DNA of 64,000 bases, taken from an uncultured Actinomycetes bacterium. GTDB taxonomy: Bacteria; Actinomycetota; Thermoleophilia; RBG-16-64-13. The notes below the pieces were generated by a model. That model made no database searches and was not told the origin of the DNA. It was given only the letters and a program-made list of their open reading frames with translations. Location: contig CAVPLM010000003.1 in assembly GCA_963706025.1 (NCBI GenBank), positions 768,001 to 832,000 of the forward strand, given 5' to 3'. Positions within the stretch are counted from its first letter, which is position 1, and each line of letters starts with the position of its first letter. The translations under genes were made by a program, and so were the position numbers. This document shows positions 37,741 through 48,273 of the stretch, in pieces.

Positions 37741-39510
37741 ATGATGGCGGGCAGCGGAGGAGTCGAGGGTCAGAGTGGGGGCGACTATCTGCTCCCACAG
37801 AACCTGGACGCTGAGATATCCGTACTGGGCGCGAGCATGCTCACGCCCAACGTGATCCCCGGTGTCAGCGAGATCGTCCGTCCGCACCACTTCTACCGGC
37901 AGGCACACCAGCGCATCTTCGAGGTCATCGAAGAACTCTTCTCGCGAGGCGAGCCGGTGGACCCCATCACCGTCAGCGAAGAGCTGGCCAATCGCGCGAG
38001 CCTGGATTCGGTAGGGGGACGGGCGTTCATCCACAGTCTGGTCACCGCCGTTCCCGCGGCCACGAACGCCCGGCATTACGCCGAGATCGTCCGTGAGAAC
38101 TACTACCTCCGCTCGCTCATCAAGGTGGGTGGCGAGATCACCGAGATGGGCTACCGGCGGGAACAGCCGCCCATGGATCTCATCGACAAGGCCGAGCAGA
38201 TGGTCTTCGACATCTCGCAGACACGCGTGGCCGGCGAGTTCGAGCCCATCGGGGAGCTGATCAGCGAGAGCTTCGCCGAGCTGGAGCGGACCATGTCGGA
38301 GGGGCACCACACCGTGGGTTGCCAGACCGGCTTCCGCGACCTGGACGCCATCATCAGCGGGTTCCAGCCCTCCAACCTGGTGATCCTGGCCGCCCGTCCC
38401 TCCATGGGCAAGACCGCCCTCGCCCTCAATATCGCCCGCAATGTGGCCGTCGATCAAGGCAAAGGGGTGGCCGTCTTCAGCTTGGAGATGTCCAAGATGG
38501 AAGTGGTCAACCGGATGATGTGCTCGGAAGCCAGGGTGGACAGCTGGCGGGTGCGGCGGGGGATCCTGCAGCCCCAGGAGTGGAGCAAGCTTGCGGCTGC
38601 CTGCACTCCCCTGCATACCGCGCCCATCTTCGTCGACGATAGCGCCTCGCTCAACCTCATGGAGATCCGGGCCAAGGCCCGGCGCCTCAGAGCCAAGGAG
38701 AAGAACCTGGGCCTTGTCATCGTCGACTACCTACAGCTCATGATGGGCGACACCAGCGCCGAGAGCCGGCAACAGGAGATCTCCCGGATCTCGCGAGGGC
38801 TGAAGATACTGGCCCGCGAGCTGGAGGTGCCTGTGCTCGCGTTGTCGCAGTTATCGCGGCAGGTCGAGCAGCGGGCCGGCAACAAGCCGGTGCTATCGGA
38901 CCTGAGGGAGTGCGTAACGGGCGACACCATGGTGTGCTTGGCGGATGGACGTCGGATCCCGGTGCGAGATCTCGTGGGGCAACAGCCGGATGTGATCGCA
39001 GTGGATGCCGATGGGCGGCTCACTGAGGCCAGGAGCGACTGCGTTTGGTCGGTAGGAAAGAGACCGGTCTACGAGCTTCGCACGGCCAGCGGTCGCCGGC
39101 TTCGGGCGACGGGGCAACACCGAGTGCTGGGCGGTGACGGTTGGGTGTCTTTGGAGAGGCTCTCTCTGGGGGACAGGGTCGGTTTTGCTCAAGAAAGCAT
39201 GGACTGGGATAGGGTTGTCGACGTCGTGCCGGCGGGCGAAGAAGAGGTGTTCGATCTGACCGTTCCTGGACCCTCCTCCTGGCTCGCCGATGGGCTGGTC
39301 AGCCACAACTCCGGCGCCATCGAACAGGATGCGGACGTGGTGCTGTTCATCTATCGCGACGAAGTCTACAACCGCGACAGTCCGGACAAGGGCACGGCCG
39401 AGATCATCGTGGGCAAGCAGCGCAACGGTCCCATCGGCGACTGCAAGATGGTGTTCATCCAGAACTACACGCGATTCGCCGATCTGGCGGATAAGCGCCT
39501 GACGCCCTAG
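37741..39510 (+). CDS. dnaB: Replicative DNA helicase DnaB containing a mini-intein
   Basis: PQNLDAE, AARPSMGKT, FSLEMS, IVDYLQLM, LSQLSR, SDLRE|intein|SGAIEQDAD, KQRNGP. Confidence 0.97.
   Translation: MMAGSGGVEGQSGGDYLLPQNLDAEISVLGASMLTPNVIPGVSEIVRPHHFYRQAHQRIFEVIEELFSRGEPVDPITVSEELANRASLDSVGGRAFIHSLVTAVPAATNARHYAEIVRENYYLRSLIKVGGEITEMGYRREQPPMDLIDKAEQMVFDISQTRVAGEFEPIGELISESFAELERTMSEGHHTVGCQTGFRDLDAIISGFQPSNLVILAARPSMGKTALALNIARNVAVDQGKGVAVFSLEMSKMEVVNRMMCSEARVDSWRVRRGILQPQEWSKLAAACTPLHTAPIFVDDSASLNLMEIRAKARRLRAKEKNLGLVIVDYLQLMMGDTSAESRQQEISRISRGLKILARELEVPVLALSQLSRQVEQRAGNKPVLSDLRECVTGDTMVCLADGRRIPVRDLVGQQPDVIAVDADGRLTEARSDCVWSVGKRPVYELRTASGRRLRATGQHRVLGGDGWVSLERLSLGDRVGFAQESMDWDRVVDVVPAGEEEVFDLTVPGPSSWLADGLVSHNSGAIEQDADVVLFIYRDEVYNRDSPDKGTAEIIVGKQRNGPIGDCKMVFIQNYTRFADLADKRLTP
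38911..39309 (+). mobile_element. Endonuclease-free mini-intein (133 aa) in DnaB
   Basis: Starts CVTGDT, block B ATGQHRVL (TxxH), block F VFDLTV, ends SHN followed by extein Ser; no LAGLIDADG motifs. Confidence 0.95.
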
Positions 39511-39590
39511 GGCCGGCGCCCCGCAAGTGGCGTCGGACCGGGGCGGCGTCGGTGGGGCCCTGCAAGCGGCGCCGGGGCGATGGGAGATCG

Positions 39591-41006
39591 ATGATGGCAC
39601 GAAGCGACGACCAGTATGACGTGATCATCGTGGGCGGGGGGCCGGCCGGCATCTTCGCCGCCCTCGAATTGGCGCGGCACCCTGAGCTTCGAGTCCTCCT
39701 TCTCGAGAAAGGCGCCGACATCTCCGAGCGGAGCTGCCCGGCGCGCGTGACGGGTTCGTGCGCGCATTGCCCTACCTGCGACATCACCACGGGTTGGGGA
39801 GGGGCCGGGGCCTTCTCCGACGGCAAGCTCACACTGGGATCCGAGGTGGGCGGCTGGCTGGGTGAGTACGTGGACCCCGCCGGGCTGCCGGCGCTCATCG
39901 CGGATGTCGATCGGGTGTACCGGGAGTTCGGGGCTCCGGATCGACTCTACGGGGATGATCCCGAGAAGCTCGACCGCTGGGCCGATCTGGCGGCCCGGCA
40001 GGGGCTTCGCCTCGTGCGCTCGCCGGTGCGGCATCTGGGGACCGAGCGGGCGGCGGAAGTGCTGGCCGCCATGAGGGCCGAGCTTGAAGACAAGGTGCGT
40101 ATCGCCACTCACACCATGGTGACAGAGGTCGTGACCACCAAGTCCTCCGCGGGCTCCGCGACCGGCCGGGTCACCGGCGTAGCGACTGCATCGGGCGAGG
40201 CCTACGAGAGCCCGGTAGTGATCCTGGCTCCAGGGCGCGAGGGGTCCGCTTGGCTCACGGGGGAGGCGGGGCGCCTGGGGATCCCTTTGGCGAACAACGC
40301 GGTGGATATCGGGGTGCGGGTGGAGGTCTCCGCGGTGGTGACCGACGTGATCACCGAGGAATTGTACGAGCCCAAACTGTTGTACACGTCGCGGCACTTC
40401 GAGGATCAGGTGCGGACGTTCTGCATGAACCCGCACGGCGTGGTCTGCACCGAGAGCTGGGGCGATGCGGTGACCGTCAACGGCCACAGCTACGCCAATG
40501 CCGAGCGCAAGACCGAGAACACCAACTTCGCCCTGCTCGTCTCCACCCGCTTCACCGAGCCGTTCAAGGAGCCCATCGCTTACGGCAAGTCCATCGCCCA
40601 GCTTGCGAACATGCTGGGCAAGGACATCCTGGTACAGCGCTTGGGTGATCTGCGGGCCGGGCATCGCACCACTCCGGAGAGGTTGGCGCGCAGCGTGGTG
40701 GAACCGACGCTGCGCGCCGCCACCCCCGGCGATCTCAGCTTCGCCCTGCCCTATCGCCACCTCCGCGACCTGACCGACATGCTGGACGCCCTCGACGCGC
40801 TCCTGCCGGGCGTGGGGGGCCGTGACACGCTGCTGTATGGGGCCGAGGTGAAGTTCTACTCCTCCCGTTTGGCGCTGGGACCCGATCTGCAGACGCCGGT
40901 CTCGGGCCTCTACGCTGTCGGCGACGGAGCTGGAGTCACGCGTGGCTTGGTGCAGGCCTCGGCGTCTGGGATAGTGGCCGCTCGGGCGGTGATGGCCGGT
41001 CGCTGA
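39591..41006 (+). CDS. FAD-dependent oxidoreductase (COG2509-like)
   Basis: DVIIVGGGPAG, GWGGAGAFSDGKL, RHLGTE, VRTFCMNPHG, GDGAGVTRGL. Confidence 0.9.
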   Translation: MMARSDDQYDVIIVGGGPAGIFAALELARHPELRVLLLEKGADISERSCPARVTGSCAHCPTCDITTGWGGAGAFSDGKLTLGSEVGGWLGEYVDPAGLPALIADVDRVYREFGAPDRLYGDDPEKLDRWADLAARQGLRLVRSPVRHLGTERAAEVLAAMRAELEDKVRIATHTMVTEVVTTKSSAGSATGRVTGVATASGEAYESPVVILAPGREGSAWLTGEAGRLGIPLANNAVDIGVRVEVSAVVTDVITEELYEPKLLYTSRHFEDQVRTFCMNPHGVVCTESWGDAVTVNGHSYANAERKTENTNFALLVSTRFTEPFKEPIAYGKSIAQLANMLGKDILVQRLGDLRAGHRTTPERLARSVVEPTLRAATPGDLSFALPYRHLRDLTDMLDALDALLPGVGGRDTLLYGAEVKFYSSRLALGPDLQTPVSGLYAVGDGAGVTRGLVQASASGIVAARAVMAGR

Positions 41007-41089
41007 GGCAGTCCTGGCGGTGCCCAATCGCTGAGGGCCCGAGCCTGGGACTCCCGCGGTCCCTCGGTTGGCCGGCGGCCCTAGTGTAA

Positions 41090-42503
<1,414 letters not shown>

Positions 42504-42505
<2 letters not shown>

Positions 42506-42557
42506 TCGCGGGTATCGGCACGATCACGGGTACCAACGCGATCACGGATATCCGGGA
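42504..42557. repeat. 18-bp imperfect tandem repeat x3 (intergenic purA-purD)
   Basis: GATCGCGGGTATCGGCAC / GATCACGGGTACCAACGC / GATCACGGATATCCGGGA. Confidence 0.6.
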
Positions 42558-42571
42558 TAGAGGAGGGGATC

Positions 42572-43882
42572 ATGGCTTCTGACCGGTTGGACGTCCTGGT
42601 GGTCGGTGGAGGCGCTCGAGAGCACGCGCTCGTCCGCAGTCTGGCGAGAAGCCCCCGGATCGGGCGGCTGATCGGCGCCCCCGGCAACCCCGGCATCGAG
42701 GATGACGCCGTGACCGTCGCCGTGGGAGCCGAGGATATCCCTGCCCTCATCGCCTTTGTGGAGCGCGAGAGGATCGACCTCACCGTCGTCGGTCCGGAGG
42801 CCCCGCTGGTAGCCGGACTGGCGGATCAGTTGCGGGACCGTGGCTTCACGGTGTTCGGCCCCGGGGCAGTGGGAGCTCGTCTGGAGGGCTCCAAGGTCTT
42901 CGCCAAGGAAGTGATGGAGACCGCGGGTGTACCCACCGGCCGGGCGGCGACCTTCACTCGGTACGAGCAGGCCCTCGCCTATCTGCGCGAGCACGGAGCC
43001 CCGGTGGTGATCAAGGCCGACGGCTTGGCGGCCGGCAAAGGGGTGATCGTGGCTCAGACCCTCGCGGAAGCGGAGGCGGCCCTGGAGCAGTGCTTCGTGG
43101 AGCGGCGCTTCGGGGAGGCGGCGAGCACCGTCCTGATCGAGGAGTATCTGGAGGGAGAAGAGGTCTCGCTCCTATCGATCGTTAGCGGCCACCAGATCTT
43201 GCCCCTTGCCCCCGCTCAGGACTACAAACGTGCTCTCGATGGAGACAGGGGCCCGAACACGGGGGGGATGGGGTCGTATTCTCCGATCCCGGCGGTGGAC
43301 GATGCGCTCTACGACCGCTTGGTCGAGGAGGTGGTGCGTCCGACGGTAGCCGAGCTTGTCCGGCGGGGGATCGACTTCAGGGGCGTCCTCTACGCTGGGC
43401 TCATGCTGACCGCCGGCGGGCCGAAGGTGCTCGAGTTCAACTGCCGCTTCGGGGATCCCGAGACGCAGGCGCTGTTACCTCGCTTGGAGTCGGATCTGCT
43501 GGAGCTGCTCTGGGCGGCCGCACGGGGAGAGGCCTTGCCTGCGACGGCCCGTTGGCGCAACGGGGCGGCTGTGGGAGTGGTCATGGCCTCGCGGGGCTAC
43601 CCGGCCTCCAGCTCGAAAGGTGATGTGATCAGCGGATTGGACGCGGTCAAGGCTCTGGATGGGGTGGAGGTCTTCCACGCGGCCACGGGTGAGACAGCCG
43701 ACCGCCGGCTGATCACGGCGGGCGGTCGGGTGATCACGGTGACCGGCCTGGGCGACACGTTCGCGGCGGCCCGGGCCCGTGCGTACGCGGGCGTGGCGGC
43801 CATCGGCTTCGAGGGCGCGCAGTATCGCAGCGACATCGCCCTGCGGGCGGAGGAGTGGGAGGCGGGCCGCGGCAGTCGCTGA
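42572..43882 (+). CDS. purD: Phosphoribosylamine-glycine ligase
   Basis: GGGAREHAL, VGPEAPL, LEGSK, KADGLAAGKGV, GPNTGGMG, EFNCRFGDPE. Confidence 0.98.
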   Translation: MASDRLDVLVVGGGAREHALVRSLARSPRIGRLIGAPGNPGIEDDAVTVAVGAEDIPALIAFVERERIDLTVVGPEAPLVAGLADQLRDRGFTVFGPGAVGARLEGSKVFAKEVMETAGVPTGRAATFTRYEQALAYLREHGAPVVIKADGLAAGKGVIVAQTLAEAEAALEQCFVERRFGEAASTVLIEEYLEGEEVSLLSIVSGHQILPLAPAQDYKRALDGDRGPNTGGMGSYSPIPAVDDALYDRLVEEVVRPTVAELVRRGIDFRGVLYAGLMLTAGGPKVLEFNCRFGDPETQALLPRLESDLLELLWAAARGEALPATARWRNGAAVGVVMASRGYPASSSKGDVISGLDAVKALDGVEVFHAATGETADRRLITAGGRVITVTGLGDTFAAARARAYAGVAAIGFEGAQYRSDIALRAEEWEAGRGSR

Positions 43883-43902
43883 CCGGCTCGGCTGAGGGCG
43901 GG

Positions 43903-43967
43903 AGTGGCTGAATTTCAGCCACTCAGTGGTTGATGTTCAACCACGCAACGGTTGAATTTAAGCCCTT
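43903..43967. promoter_or_regulatory. Three phased (22-bp period) palindromic operator-like boxes
   Basis: AGTGGCTGAATTTCAGCCACT, AGTGGTTGATGTTCAACCACG, AACGGTTGAATTTAAGCCCTT, followed by a TATTCT -10 and ATG. Confidence 0.7.
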
Positions 43968-43986
43968 GAGCTTGTATTCTGTCGGT

Positions 43987-45267
43987 ATGATCGCCAGAAA
44001 CCTGATGCCACGTCTTGTCGAGGCGCTTGCCGACACTCCCGTGGTAGTGCTTCACGGGGCACGGCAGGCTGGGAAGAGCACGCTGGCAAGAATGGTCATC
44101 GAAGCCGGCTACCCCGGCCAATACCTCTCTCTGGACGACCCGGGTGTCTTCGCCGCCGCACAGGCTGACCCCGTAGGTTTTGTGCGCGCGTTTGAAGGCC
44201 CGATGGTGCTGGATGAGTGGCAGCGCGTGCCGGAACTGGCGCGGGCGATCAAGCTGGAGGTCGACCACAAACGCCTTCCAGGTCGGTTTTTGCTCACGGG
44301 CTCCGCGAGCGCTCTGATGCTTCCCCAAGCTTCTGACGCGCTGGTCGGCCGGATGGAGATCATGAACTTGTGGCCCCTTTCTCAGGGTGAGATCGAAGGT
44401 GTGCGGGACAACTTGGTGGATGTCCTCTTTCAGCCTGGCGTACCTTCGTTTCCCGCGACGGAGACCACTGGATCGTCTTTGGCGAGCCGATTGACACTGG
44501 GCGGCTATCCGGAGGCGGTCGGCCGGACGAATCCCAGCCGGCGCGGAGCTTGGTTCTCCTCCTATCTCACCTCGATCCTTCAGAGAGACGTGAGAGACCT
44601 TGCGAATATCGAGAGACTCGCCGATATGCCGCGTTTGTTGGGCCTCCTTGCTGCTCGCTCTGCGTCCCTGCTCAACTACGCTGAGCTTGCGAGCGCCCTG
44701 GCTATGCCCCAGAGTACGCTCAAGCGATACATCGGCATCCTGCAGGTCATCTTTCTGCTACGACTGCTGCCGGCATGGTCCCGCAGCCGGGGCAGACGGC
44801 TCGTCAAGGCCCCCAAGATCCTGATGACGGACCTTGGGCTGGCCACTCATTTACTAGGGGTGGACGTTGCGCGGCTCGCGGACGAACGAGTGCTCTTGGG
44901 GTCACTGGTCGAGGATTTCGTGAGCATGGAAATGATCAAACAGTTGGGTTGGAGCCAAACCGATGCCCAACCTCTGCATTTTCGCGATCATCTCGGCAAC
45001 GAGGTCGATCTGGTCTTGGAGGCGCGGGACGGCCGGCTTGTCGGGGTAGAGGTCAAAGCTGGAGTCACGGTGGGCAGCTCTGATTTCAAGGGGCTCAGGA
45101 TGCTTGCCAAGACGGCAGGTAGCGATTTCATCCGGGGAGTACTGCTCTACGGGGGTCGAGAAGTCATCCCCTTTGGAGACGCGATGCACGCCGTTCCCCT
45201 GGGAAGCCTCTGGTCGGATACCGGCCGGTGGAGCAGGCCGGAGGTCGCGGCCGCGCCCTTGTCATGA
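43987..45267 (+). CDS. AAA_14 ATPase with DUF4143 (wHTH plus PD-(D/E)XK-like) domain
   Basis: [36 protein letters not shown]...GVEVK. Confidence 0.9.
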   Translation: MIARNLMPRLVEALADTPVVVLHGARQAGKSTLARMVIEAGYPGQYLSLDDPGVFAAAQADPVGFVRAFEGPMVLDEWQRVPELARAIKLEVDHKRLPGRFLLTGSASALMLPQASDALVGRMEIMNLWPLSQGEIEGVRDNLVDVLFQPGVPSFPATETTGSSLASRLTLGGYPEAVGRTNPSRRGAWFSSYLTSILQRDVRDLANIERLADMPRLLGLLAARSASLLNYAELASALAMPQSTLKRYIGILQVIFLLRLLPAWSRSRGRRLVKAPKILMTDLGLATHLLGVDVARLADERVLLGSLVEDFVSMEMIKQLGWSQTDAQPLHFRDHLGNEVDLVLEARDGRLVGVEVKAGVTVGSSDFKGLRMLAKTAGSDFIRGVLLYGGREVIPFGDAMHAVPLGSLWSDTGRWSRPEVAAAPLS

Positions 45268-45284
45268 CACAGAAAGGACCGGAG

Positions 45285-45783
45285 ATGGCAGGTCATCCTC
45301 TGATAGGCATTCTGATGGGTTCCGAGTCCGACGCCCCCGTGATGGACGAGGCGGTCAAGGAGCTGGAAGCCCGGGGGTTCTCCTACGAAGTCAACGTGCT
45401 CTCGGCCCATCGCGACCCCGAAGCGGTGCGGGAATACGCCTTGAGCGCGGAGTCCCGGGGCCTTAAGGTGATCATCGCCGGGGCCGGCAAGGCCGCGGCA
45501 CTGCCGGGCGTCGTCGCTTCCATGACCGACCTCCCGGTGATCGGGGTGCCGATACGCACGTCCGACCTCGGTGGGCTCGATTCGCTCCTTTCCATGGTGC
45601 AGATGCCGGCCGGCGTGCCGGTGGCCACCGTGGCCATCAACGGGGCGAGGAACGCCGCCATCCTGGCGGCCAAGATCCTGCGCGTGGCCGGGTTGGCGGC
45701 GGAGGGCGCGGCGGGGGCCACGGATGTCGAGGGAGGGGCGGATGTCGAGGGAGGGGCGGACTGGAGGGAGGGCGACGTCATGA
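45285..45783 (+). CDS. purE: N5-CAIR mutase/AIR carboxylase PurE (reads in frame into purB in this sequence)
   Basis: [49 protein letters not shown]; true stop uncertain. Confidence 0.92.
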
Positions 45784-47081
45784 TCCCGCGCTACTCCACC
45801 CCCGAGATGGCGGCCATCTGGACCGACCAGGCCCGTATGGCCGCTTGGCTCGACGTCGAGCTGGCCGTGTGCGAGGCCTGGGCTCATCTGGGGCAGATCC
45901 CTGAGGACGCCATGAGCGAGATCAGGGAGAAGGCCGCTTTCGACGTCGACCGGGTGGACGAGATCGAAGAAGTCACCCAGCACGACGTCATCGCCTTCGT
46001 GAGCTGCGTGGCCGAGAACGTAGGGGAGTGCTCCAAGTACATCCACTACGGGCTCACGTCGTCCGACGTGCTCGACACCGGGCTGGCTCTGCAGTTGCGG
46101 GCCGCAGGAGCCTTGCTCGAGGAGGAGACCAGAAGGCTGGGCCGGATCCTTCAGGGCCGAGCTCTGGAGCACCGAGACACGGTCATGATCGGGCGCACCC
46201 ACGGGGTGCACGCCGAGCCCATAACGTTCGGGATGGTGCTGGGGCTGTGGGCCTTCGAGGTACAGCGCGGCCTGCACCGGCTCGAGCGCGCGGTGCAGCA
46301 GGTCTCGGTGGGCAAGATATCCGGGGCCGTGGGCAGCTATGCCAATGTCGATCCGCAGGTGGAGCAGATCACGATGTCCATCCTGGACCTGGGCGTAGCC
46401 CCGATCTCTACCCAGATAGTGCAGCGTGACCGCCACGCCGAGTTCATGGCCGCCCTGGCGCTGCTCGCCACCACCATCGAGAAGATCGCCCTGCAGGTGC
46501 GCCACTATCAGCGCACCGAGGTCCTGGAGGCCGAGGAGTACTTCGCTCCCGGGCAGAAGGGCTCTTCGGCCATGCCGCACAAGCGCAACCCCATCATCTC
46601 CGAGCGTCTCTGCGGCCAGGCCCGGATCATCCGGGGGAACATGCTCGCCGCTTTCGAGAACGTCGCCCTGTGGCACGAGCGCGATATCAGTCACTCGAGC
46701 GCGGAGCGGATCATCCTACCCGACAGTACGATCCTCCTGCACTACATGCTCAAGAAGGCCTGCTGGTTGGTGGACAAGCTGAATGTCTACCCCGATAACA
46801 TGGCCGCCAACCTGGAGAAGAGCTTCGGCCTGGTCTACAGCCAGAGGGTGCTCCTCGCGCTGGTGGAAGCCGGCATGCTCCGCGACGACGCCTACAAGAT
46901 GGTGCAGCGGAGCGCAATGAAGGCCTGGGAAGAGAAGAGCTCCTTTCAGAGTCTGCTGAACGCCGATCCCGAGGTCGGCGAGCGGCTGTCGGAGGCCGAG
47001 ATCGAAGCCCTATTCGAGCCCGGCTACCAGCTCCGGAACATCGGCGTGATCTTCGACCGGGTGGCCGCCCTGGAGTGGTAG
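45780..47081 (+). CDS. purB: Adenylosuccinate lyase
   Basis: [50 protein letters not shown]; own GGAGG RBS. Confidence 0.96.
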   Translation: MIPRYSTPEMAAIWTDQARMAAWLDVELAVCEAWAHLGQIPEDAMSEIREKAAFDVDRVDEIEEVTQHDVIAFVSCVAENVGECSKYIHYGLTSSDVLDTGLALQLRAAGALLEEETRRLGRILQGRALEHRDTVMIGRTHGVHAEPITFGMVLGLWAFEVQRGLHRLERAVQQVSVGKISGAVGSYANVDPQVEQITMSILDLGVAPISTQIVQRDRHAEFMAALALLATTIEKIALQVRHYQRTEVLEAEEYFAPGQKGSSAMPHKRNPIISERLCGQARIIRGNMLAAFENVALWHERDISHSSAERIILPDSTILLHYMLKKACWLVDKLNVYPDNMAANLEKSFGLVYSQRVLLALVEAGMLRDDAYKMVQRSAMKAWEEKSSFQSLLNADPEVGERLSEAEIEALFEPGYQLRNIGVIFDRVAALEW

Positions 47082-47250
47082 GGGGGCTGTGTGGGGCGCC
47101 CACGGCAGCGAGACCGACAGGTCAGGTCTCCGTCTCCCTCCAAAGGTGTACCCGCGGTCTATGTTGCTCGGGGTATGTTGTGGTCATGGCTACGCAGGCG
47201 GGTATAATCCCATCGAATCGAACCCTGTCTGTGATCACGGAAGGTGGTAC

Positions 47251-47472
47251 GTGAAACTGGAGTTTACCGCCGTTTTTGAGGAAGTGTCTGAGGGCTTCAT
47301 CGGCTACGTCGAGGAGCTCCCCGGCGCCAACACTCAGGGCGCGACCCTCGACGAGGCGCGGACCAACCTGGCGGAGGCTGTGGAGCTTGTGCTGGAGAGC
47401 AACCGTTCGCTGGTTGAAAAGGGCCTTGGCACCCGGAAGATCATCCGCGAGCCGCTTCGCATCAGCGCGTGA
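47251..47472 (+). CDS. hicB: HicB-family antitoxin (short, no DNA-binding domain)
   Basis: FTAVFEE..GFIGYVEELPGANTQGATLDEARTNLAEAVEL; TATAAT at 47203. Confidence 0.88.
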   Translation: MKLEFTAVFEEVSEGFIGYVEELPGANTQGATLDEARTNLAEAVELVLESNRSLVEKGLGTRKIIREPLRISA

Positions 47473-47654
47473 GGCGGATCGACCTCATTCGACATCTGCG
47501 CACCTATGGCTGTGAACTCCTGCGGGAGGGTGGGAGCCACTCGGTATTCGTCAATCGATCTGTTGGCAAGGTGTCTACAGTGCCTCGGCACCGGCGAATC
47601 AACGATCTTCTCTCCCGGAAGATCTGCCGCGATCTTGAGATTCCGGAGCCGTGA
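47469..47654 (+). CDS. hicA: HicA-family mRNA interferase toxin
   Basis: GCELLREGGSH, STVPRH, ICRDLEIP; GTGA overlap with hicB. Confidence 0.9.
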   Translation: MRRIDLIRHLRTYGCELLREGGSHSVFVNRSVGKVSTVPRHRRINDLLSRKICRDLEIPEP

Positions 47655-47934
47655 CGCCTTCTAGCGAACTCGATTGGCCCCGCGTCTAGAACTGCGCGGG
47701 CTCTGAAGCTGATAGAATCGAACCCGGTTCAGTTCCCCGCCGCGAGGAGCACGATGACGCGTGTCGCAGTGCCCGAGTACGATCAGGAGAGAGCTCGAAG
47801 AGGGCTGTTTCCGTCGCGACCTCGGCGGGGTAGAGAAGGCGTGACCTTCCGGTCGAAGATCGACTATATGCTGGAGGGGCGCTCATGATGAGGCGTTTCC
47901 CGAGATGGGCTCAGAGGTCGAGGAGGGATGACTG

Positions 47935-48249
47935 ATGGCCGGCCAGACCGTATGTCCGCGCTGCGGAGCGCGTGACTCCTTCATGAAGGGCTATCTGCCG
48001 GAGACCTGCGTATGCCAGCGATGCCTGAGTCAACTCGACTGGCGCGAGATCCCCGGCTGTGGGCCGGACTGCAACCCGGTCGAGCCCGAGGCCGCACCGG
48101 AGCCCCCGGCCCCGATCTATGTGGCCGCGGCCGCTGCGCCCAATGGAGGCGCCGGCGAGGGAGACGCGGGGGACGAGGGCGCAAAACCCGCCGGGGAAGC
48201 GCCCGGAGAAGACCCCGCAGCGTGCCGCCCCGAGGATGGGGAGCGGTAG
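47935..48249 (+). CDS. Small Cys-rich (zinc-ribbon-like) hypothetical protein
   Basis: AGGAGG RBS; CPRC...CVCQRC...CGPDC; acidic Pro/Ala/Gly tail. Confidence 0.6.
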   Translation: MAGQTVCPRCGARDSFMKGYLPETCVCQRCLSQLDWREIPGCGPDCNPVEPEAAPEPPAPIYVAAAAAPNGGAGEGDAGDEGAKPAGEAPGEDPAACRPEDGER

Positions 48250-48273
48250 CGTTCATGTCCGAACTATGGGGGA

